Origin: an uncultured Bacteroidales bacterium
Lineage (GTDB): Bacteria > Bacteroidota > Bacteroidia > Bacteroidales > UBA932
DNA: 64,000 nucleotides
Direction: 5' to 3'
Assembly (NCBI GenBank): GCA_949295645.1
Contig: CASFLY010000159.1
Coordinates: 494-64,493 of the forward strand
The notes under the pieces were generated by a model. It saw only the letters and a program-made list of their open reading frames with translations, searched no databases and was not told the origin of the DNA. The first letter of the stretch is position 1; each line of letters begins with the position of its first letter. Made by a program: the position numbers and the translations under genes. This document shows positions 58,235-64,000 of the stretch, piece by piece.

Positions 58235-61005
58235 CTTCCCAATACGGTCTGCGCGGCGACTTTCTGCCTGAAGGTCTCGGGGAGCTTTTCGTATCCGGCG
58301 AAGCGTGCATTCATCGCTTCCACATCGATGCTCTGAATGAATTCCGCAGCCTTTTCAGGCGATTCGGTGATATAGCTTCCGCACTGGGCGATGTTCAGGA
58401 ATTCAGCAGGGAGCTGCATTCCATGCATCACGTACTGCTCGACCATAAGCTTGGTTTCAGGAGTCAGGGCCATCATTCTCTTTATCAGACCCTTGCTGCC
58501 GTCGAAATAGAGCGGTTCCCCGCTTTTGAACAGGCATTTTACCGTCAGTTTCTCATCAGCCGGCAGTTCCGGTACGTACACGGTCGCCGTCAGGTTGCTT
58601 CCGTCATAGCCCCAGACAGCTCCGGCCCCGTCTTTCCCGGCTTCGAATTCCGCGAACCTTGAATAAGGTACCTCGGTGCCGTTCACATACACTTTTGCAG
58701 GAGCATTGAACCCGTCGAGCAGAACACTGACTTTTCTCGACTTCAGCATCCCTTCGAACTCACCTTCACGCGGCATCACCTCCACCGTCAGCGAGTCGGC
58801 ATTGCCGGAGCGGACTATTTCCGTAAAGGCGTATTCGGTGTCGTAGGCCTGGGTATTCCCGTCATCCTCGTACACCTTCGTGCGGCTCTCTCCTGTTCCC
58901 GGAACCACCAGGAGCCTCAGCTCCGGATCCTGGCTCTGGAGGTTTTCTATTTCGGCGCCGGCCATCGGGATGACGGCACCGGCTTTCACGAAGTACGGGT
59001 TTTCGTCTATGGTGTAGAGCAGTTCGTGCTCCGACCCTCCGGCGTACATCGTACCAGTCGAGACATCGTACCAGTCGAAGCCCTCAGGGAACCACATCGT
59101 CCGCACTGCAAGCCCTGTGATGCTGTCCACAGGTTCGCAGACAGTCGTGGCAAGGATGTCGTCGCCGAACATAAACTCCTGGGTCTCGGTGTATGCCTTG
59201 TCGGCCTCGGGCCAGTTGTAGTAGAGAGGCCTGCAGATGGACACGCCTGTGTCGTAGGCCTGGCGTGCGGCGGTGTAGATGTACGGAGCGAGGTCGTAAC
59301 GCAGCCTTACCGCAGCCCTCATCGCATCGAAGTGGTCAGGGAAGACCCAGAAACGCTTCTCCATGGTCATATCCTTGGTGGAGTGGGTCTTGTAGATAGG
59401 AGTGAAGACTCCGGACTGCATCCAGCGTGTGTAAAGCTCGGGATCGGTACTGTGTACTCCGGCATGCTGCATATGTCCCCCTATATCGTGGCCCCAGTAG
59501 CCGTAGCATACGTTGGAGGCGGTAGCGGTGAAGTACGGCAGGTAGCCGAGGACTTTCCAGGAAGCGTATGTGTCGCCCGAGAAGCCGACCTGATAGCGGT
59601 GGCTGCCGATGCCTCCCCAGCGATGATAGATCATTGCGCGAGGGGCATGCGCACCTAAGGACTCCGTCTGGCGCACCTTGTCCTGGAAGAAGGCGTAGTT
59701 CAGCCAGTAGGTATTGCTCAGTCCTTTAGTGTAATGGCTGTCTTTCCACTGCTGCCAGTCGAGCCACCAGAAGTCCACGCCGTCCCTCTCCAAAGGATGT
59801 ATCACCGAGTTGAAGTAGGCGTCCGTCCATTCTATCTGGTCTATCCGGAACGGTACCGGAGCTTTTGTCCCGTCTTCCCTGATGTAGCCTTTCGGCCCGT
59901 CATAGTCCGATGTCCGGGACAGATAGTCCTTCACGAACCTGTCGTACGGCTCCTCGTAAGGCTGGATGCCGTTGCAGAAATGCAGGTTCAGAGAGTTCTT
60001 TATCCCCATCCTGTGCAGTTCCGCCAGGAAATTCTTCGGGTTCGGGAAGAACTCTTTTTTCCAGGTGTAGCCGGTCCATCCGATGCCCTCGCCGAATTCG
60101 TCCAGACCCGGTGCTCCGCCCGGTACGCGTGGAGGCGTGGCTGCCTTGAGTTCGGACCAGGTCTCGTGCCAGTCCATATCGATGATCATGACATCGATCG
60201 GAATGCTGAAATCCTTGAAATGCCTGGCCAGGTCGATCAGCTCGAAATCGGAGTACTGCCAGTAGCGGCACCACCAATAGCCGAAGGTGTATTTCGGAGG
60301 AAGAGGAATCTTCCCTGCGATTTTCGTAAAGTCGGCAAGGGCTGCGGTGTAGTCGTGTCCGTAGCCGAAGAAGTAGAGATCCTGGCGCTCCGTGTCGTCA
60401 CGTTCCGCCACCCAGTATTTCCAGTCGCTGTCCACAGGTTCGAAGAGGTGGCGCGAACTTTCGTCTATTACAGCCCAGCCGTCGCGGGAGATGATGCCCG
60501 GGTCATACGGATCCATCAGCGTCTCCCCGTCACAGCGGTCGAGGGTACGGGCTGTCCCGAGGAGGTTCCCCGAGTCGTCGGCTCCGGGATGCCATTTCAC
60601 CTTTTTGTCGGACATCGTAAAGGTGATGGAGAGGTTGTCCTCGGAGAACTTCCCGTCACCCTTGTATTTAAGGGTAAGGAATTCCGTTTTGACAGTGACC
60701 GAGCCGGAGGTCTTCCGGACGTCGAATTCAGGGACATCGAGGCAGCGGTTCACTATACCGAGGGTCGCACGGTCTTCGAATGTGCCGTCAGCCGACCATT
60801 CCAGGCGGATAAGCCGCGGCGTGAGGACGGTGAAGCGTGCATTCCCGGATGTTATCATAGCTTCCGGAGAAGCGGCCGGGGCGAAATCGCTGTGCGTTTC
60901 CGTCTCTGCAGCAGCGGGAGCCGCCGGACGGGGACTGGAAGCGTAGGCATCGCCTGAGCATAGTACGGCAATGCAGGTCAAAAAGGTTAAGACTGTTTTT
61001 TTCAT
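58231..61005 (-). CDS. GH31 family glycoside hydrolase with DUF5110 domain
   Basis: Signal peptide, IDMDWH, nucleophile motif FWWLDWQQ, GFSGD, WGHDIGGH and YEDDG. Confidence 0.92.
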   Translation of the reverse strand: MKKTVLTFLTCIAVLCSGDAYASSPRPAAPAAAETETHSDFAPAASPEAMITSGNARFTVLTPRLIRLEWSADGTFEDRATLGIVNRCLDVPEFDVRKTSGSVTVKTEFLTLKYKGDGKFSEDNLSITFTMSDKKVKWHPGADDSGNLLGTARTLDRCDGETLMDPYDPGIISRDGWAVIDESSRHLFEPVDSDWKYWVAERDDTERQDLYFFGYGHDYTAALADFTKIAGKIPLPPKYTFGYWWCRYWQYSDFELIDLARHFKDFSIPIDVMIIDMDWHETWSELKAATPPRVPGGAPGLDEFGEGIGWTGYTWKKEFFPNPKNFLAELHRMGIKNSLNLHFCNGIQPYEEPYDRFVKDYLSRTSDYDGPKGYIREDGTKAPVPFRIDQIEWTDAYFNSVIHPLERDGVDFWWLDWQQWKDSHYTKGLSNTYWLNYAFFQDKVRQTESLGAHAPRAMIYHRWGGIGSHRYQVGFSGDTYASWKVLGYLPYFTATASNVCYGYWGHDIGGHMQHAGVHSTDPELYTRWMQSGVFTPIYKTHSTKDMTMEKRFWVFPDHFDAMRAAVRLRYDLAPYIYTAARQAYDTGVSICRPLYYNWPEADKAYTETQEFMFGDDILATTVCEPVDSITGLAVRTMWFPEGFDWYDVSTGTMYAGGSEHELLYTIDENPYFVKAGAVIPMAGAEIENLQSQDPELRLLVVPGTGESRTKVYEDDGNTQAYDTEYAFTEIVRSGNADSLTVEVMPREGEFEGMLKSRKVSVLLDGFNAPAKVYVNGTEVPYSRFAEFEAGKDGAGAVWGYDGSNLTATVYVPELPADEKLTVKCLFKSGEPLYFDGSKGLIKRMMALTPETKLMVEQYVMHGMQLPAEFLNIAQCGSYITESPEKAAEFIQSIDVEAMNARFAGYEKLPETFRQKVAAQTVLGR

Positions 61006-61072
61006 AATAATTATTAAATATGCGTATTGGCCTGAATTAACCGGAATAAGGCCTCGTATGAAAACTGGAAAA

Positions 61073-61080
61073 CAAAATTA
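61073..61080 (-). promoter_or_regulatory. -7 element (TAATTTTG) for the GH31-sigma-FecR operon
   Basis: TAnnTTTG on the minus strand upstream of GH31. Confidence 0.55.
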
Positions 61081-61127
61081 CACAAATTAATCAAAGAAAC
61101 AATATTTCCCGCTTCTGTGTCACAGGA

Positions 61128-61217
61128 AGATTTCTCCGCTGCGCCTGCGGCTCCGGTCGAAATGACCTGGGGCCTTCGGTGTCGTCTCTACCGGAGCCGC
61201 AGGCGCAGCGGAGAGAT
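61128..61217. repeat. Inverted pair of long-form GTC-tagged REP elements
   Basis: GTCATTTCGACCGGAGCCGCAGGCGCAGCGGAGAAATCT on minus (61128-61166) and TGTCGTCTCTACCGGAGCCGCAGGCGCAGCGGAGAGAT on plus (61180-61217). Confidence 0.88.
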
Positions 61218-61419
61218 GACAAGGCGCAGCGTGATTAAAATAAAAAAAGTGCAGATTCCGCCCCCTGAAACTCCCGTTTCGGTTGTATTAAATATACTGG
61301 CCGGAGAACCGGAAGGCCCTGAAAAGAGGTCCTGGACGCCGGAAATCCTCCGGATCTGCGAGAAACTGATAACTATCGGAATATATTATTAATTAAGAAC
61401 TAACCATCAATCTGACAAC

Positions 61420-64000
61420 ATGTATTACAGATTTTTCAGACTTTTCATAGTCTTGGCATCGTTGTTTGCTGCGATAGCCCCTGTCTATGGACAGGATGCT
61501 TCCGATGACGGTTCCACGAACGAAACAGCACTGACTGTAGACATCAGGAACAAGACACTGCCGGAAGTCCTGACCCAGCTCCAACAGCTCTCGGGCTGCA
61601 GTTTCCTTTATGACCAGAGCATCGTCGGACGCGTGCCGAAAATCACGCTCAGGATGCAGAATGTGTCTCTCTCGGCCATCCTCGACAGGATAGCCGACAT
61701 CACAAGGCTGAAATACACCCGTGTCGACAACACCATCACTTTTGCATCGGGGGGGGGTACGGCCAATACTCCCGCATCTCCAGCCGCAGCAAGTCCGGGG
61801 AAGATTTCGGGCCGGGTAGTAGATGAAAACGGCGAGCCTCTGGCAGGCGCTACGGTCCTGCTCATAGGCAGCGGAAACACCTATGCACTGACCGATCTGG
61901 ACGGACTGTGGTCCATAGAGGCCGTGGTACCTGCCAGGATTTCGGTCTCATACCTCGGTTTCGTGACCAAGGAGATGTCCGTGGATTCGGAAGAACCGGT
62001 CACGGTGCAGCTGCAGGAAGACCTGAACCTCCTCGATGAAATCGTCGTGGTCGGCTACGGTACTATGGAAAAGAAGGCCGTGACGAGTTCGATTACCTCC
62101 ATATCTTCAAAGGACATCCTTGCCGGGCAGGGCGGATCGACTATCGCCACGGCCCTGAAAGGCAAGATTTCCGGTATGACCATCAACGAGACCTCCAGCC
62201 CTAACACTACTTCGGATATGCAGCTCAGGGGTGTGGCGTCCATCAATGCCTCCGCTTCTCCTTTAGTGGTAGTGGACGGGGTTCCCGGCGCAGACATTAG
62301 GTCGATAAACTTCGAAGACGTCCTCTCGATTGACGTCCTGAAAGACGCTTCCGCGGCAGCCATCTACGGTACGAGGGCGGCTGCAGGCGTCATCCTGATC
62401 ACGACAAAAAAGCCTAACGAAGGCCCGATCAGACTATCATATACTGCAGAACTTTCCACAGAACAGGTTTCCGACCGTCCCGAACTTCTGAACAGGGACG
62501 AATTCCTGCGTTTCGGACTGGGTACGGATCTCGGTTCCGACAATGACTGGTACGATGCCTTGCTGAATGAAGGCGCCCTTTCGCACAGACACGTGGTGAA
62601 TCTTTCCGGAGGAAGCCGCGCCGCAAGGGTCTATGCAACTTTCATAGCTTCTGACCAGAAAGGTATAGCATTGGGCGACAACAGAAAAGACTATTCAGGA
62701 AGGATTAACGGCAGTTTCAACCTTCTTGACGATCTCCTCGAAATAAACGTACATACCGAATACCGCGAGGCCCATCGTGACCAGAGGGCCTCGAACAGCA
62801 ACTTCGCGGCTGCGATGAAAATGAATCCGACCGAGCCTATATATGACGAAGACAATCCTTCCGGATACAATGTCATCATCGGAGGAGACTATTATTTCAA
62901 CCCTGTAGCCGACGTGATGCTAAAGCAGCGCGACAAGGTCGACAAATGGATACTGGCCGACGCCAATGTCAAACTCAACCTTCCGCTCGGATTCTCCGCC
63001 CAGGCTACGGTCAGCTGGCAGGACCGTCAGATGCAGGCTACGAACTACACCTCGTCCCAGCACAGGTCGTCCATCGAAAACGGCCGCAACGGGGAAGGCT
63101 ACCATGAATTCAGCAAAACCATCAACGTTTCCGTCGAACCCACCGTCAATTTCGACAGGGTCTTCGCCGGAGACCATGCTGTAAATGCCGTTCTCGGCTA
63201 CAGTTTCTATGAGGAAAACAGCGAAAATTTTCACATGACGAACTACAATTTCCCTGTGGACGGAACCGGGGCCTGGGATATGGGTGCAGGAGACTGGCTG
63301 AAAGACGGCAGGGCTTCCATGGACTCATACAAATACCCGAGGACACGCCTTATCGCTTTCTTCGGCCGGTTGAACTACAGCTACAAAAGCCGTTACATGG
63401 TGACAGCGAGTCTCAGACATGAGGGTTCGTCGAAATTCGGCAAGGATCACCGCTGGGGCGACTTCTGGTCAGTGTCCGGAGGCTGGCGCATTTCTTCCGA
63501 ACCGTGGATGGACGGGATAGGCTGGCTCGACGACTTGAAAGTCCGTGCAGGCTACGGCGTCACCGGAAACTGCGGTTTCAGTGCAGGCAAGACGTCATTC
63601 CGCTATGCTTCGGGTTCCTACTGGCCTATGAACGGTGACTGGATCATGTCCTACGGACCGGCGGAAAACGTGAATAACGATCTCCACTGGGAAGAAAAGG
63701 CCGAAATGAACATAGGTCTGGACTACGCGTTTCTCGGGAACAGGCTCTACGGCAAGTTCGATTACTACCACCGCTGGGTGAACGGAATGATCTACGAAAT
63801 TACGGTGACCACCCCTCCGGCCATGTACGACGAAACGGTGATGAATTTCGGAAACCTCGAAAACTGGGGATGGGAATTCGAAATAGGTGGAATCCCGGTG
63901 CGGACAAAGGATTTCGAGTGGACATCGTCGATGAGGTTTTCCCAGAACAAGTCCAAGATAACCTCCCTGTGGGGCAACCATTCATACGAAGACAGGGTCA
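61420..64000 (+). CDS. SusC/RagA TonB-dependent transducer with N-terminal STN domain, 3' truncated (not in the ORF track)
   Basis: Translated by hand: MYYRFFRLFIVL signal, TLPEVLTQLQQLSGCSFLYD (STN), LDEIVVVGYG, LKDASAAAIYGTRAAAGVILITTK and LHWEEK. Confidence 0.93.
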   Translation, partial: MYYRFFRLFIVLASLFAAIAPVYGQDASDDGSTNETALTVDIRNKTLPEVLTQLQQLSGCSFLYDQSIVGRVPKITLRMQNVSLSAILDRIADITRLKYTRVDNTITFASGGGTANTPASPAAASPGKISGRVVDENGEPLAGATVLLIGSGNTYALTDLDGLWSIEAVVPARISVSYLGFVTKEMSVDSEEPVTVQLQEDLNLLDEIVVVGYGTMEKKAVTSSITSISSKDILAGQGGSTIATALKGKISGMTINETSSPNTTSDMQLRGVASINASASPLVVVDGVPGADIRSINFEDVLSIDVLKDASAAAIYGTRAAAGVILITTKKPNEGPIRLSYTAELSTEQVSDRPELLNRDEFLRFGLGTDLGSDNDWYDALLNEGALSHRHVVNLSGGSRAARVYATFIASDQKGIALGDNRKDYSGRINGSFNLLDDLLEINVHTEYREAHRDQRASNSNFAAAMKMNPTEPIYDEDNPSGYNVIIGGDYYFNPVADVMLKQRDKVDKWILADANVKLNLPLGFSAQATVSWQDRQMQATNYTSSQHRSSIENGRNGEGYHEFSKTINVSVEPTVNFDRVFAGDHAVNAVLGYSFYEENSENFHMTNYNFPVDGTGAWDMGAGDWLKDGRASMDSYKYPRTRLIAFFGRLNYSYKSRYMVTASLRHEGSSKFGKDHRWGDFWSVSGGWRISSEPWMDGIGWLDDLKVRAGYGVTGNCGFSAGKTSFRYASGSYWPMNGDWIMSYGPAENVNNDLHWEEKAEMNIGLDYAFLGNRLYGKFDYYHRWVNGMIYEITVTTPPAMYDETVMNFGNLENWGWEFEIGGIPVRTKDFEWTSSMRFSQNKSKITSLWGNHSYEDRV

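Overview
64 kb of a Bacteroidales (Bacteroidota) chromosome, judged from TAnnTTTG promoters, SusC/SusD pairs and Ser-type sulfatases. From left to right it holds: housekeeping and repair genes (umuC-like polymerase, pgi, uridine kinase fusion, uvrA, deoxynucleoside kinase, an orphan M.NlaIII/M.HpyI-like methyltransferase, acyl-CoA ligase); tRNA-Leu(TAA); a ~19 kb polysaccharide utilization locus (PUL1) with three sulfatases, GH76, GH125, SusC/D, a SusR-like regulator, two lipoproteins sharing an unrecognised domain, and a collapsed GH76 pseudogene; core genes (C69 dipeptidase, uvrC, acpP, DUF4270, ftsX, uppP, lpxH); a ribosomal protein cluster from rplP to rplQ; and the start of PUL2 (SASA esterase, GH2, FecR/ECF sigma, GH31, SusC). 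The most interesting signal is a rewired ribosomal operon. The S10 operon is broken before rplP, which has its own promoter and a structured leader containing both strands of the uS8-binding motif of 16S rRNA helix 21 (AAGUC/GAUACU), and SD sequences appear on a subset of r-protein genes. Other notable items are a GTC-tagged REP family with a 24/48-bp tandem array and a repeated long-spaced operator architecture in PUL1. All calls were made by eye from the sequence and remembered family motifs; no searches were run.
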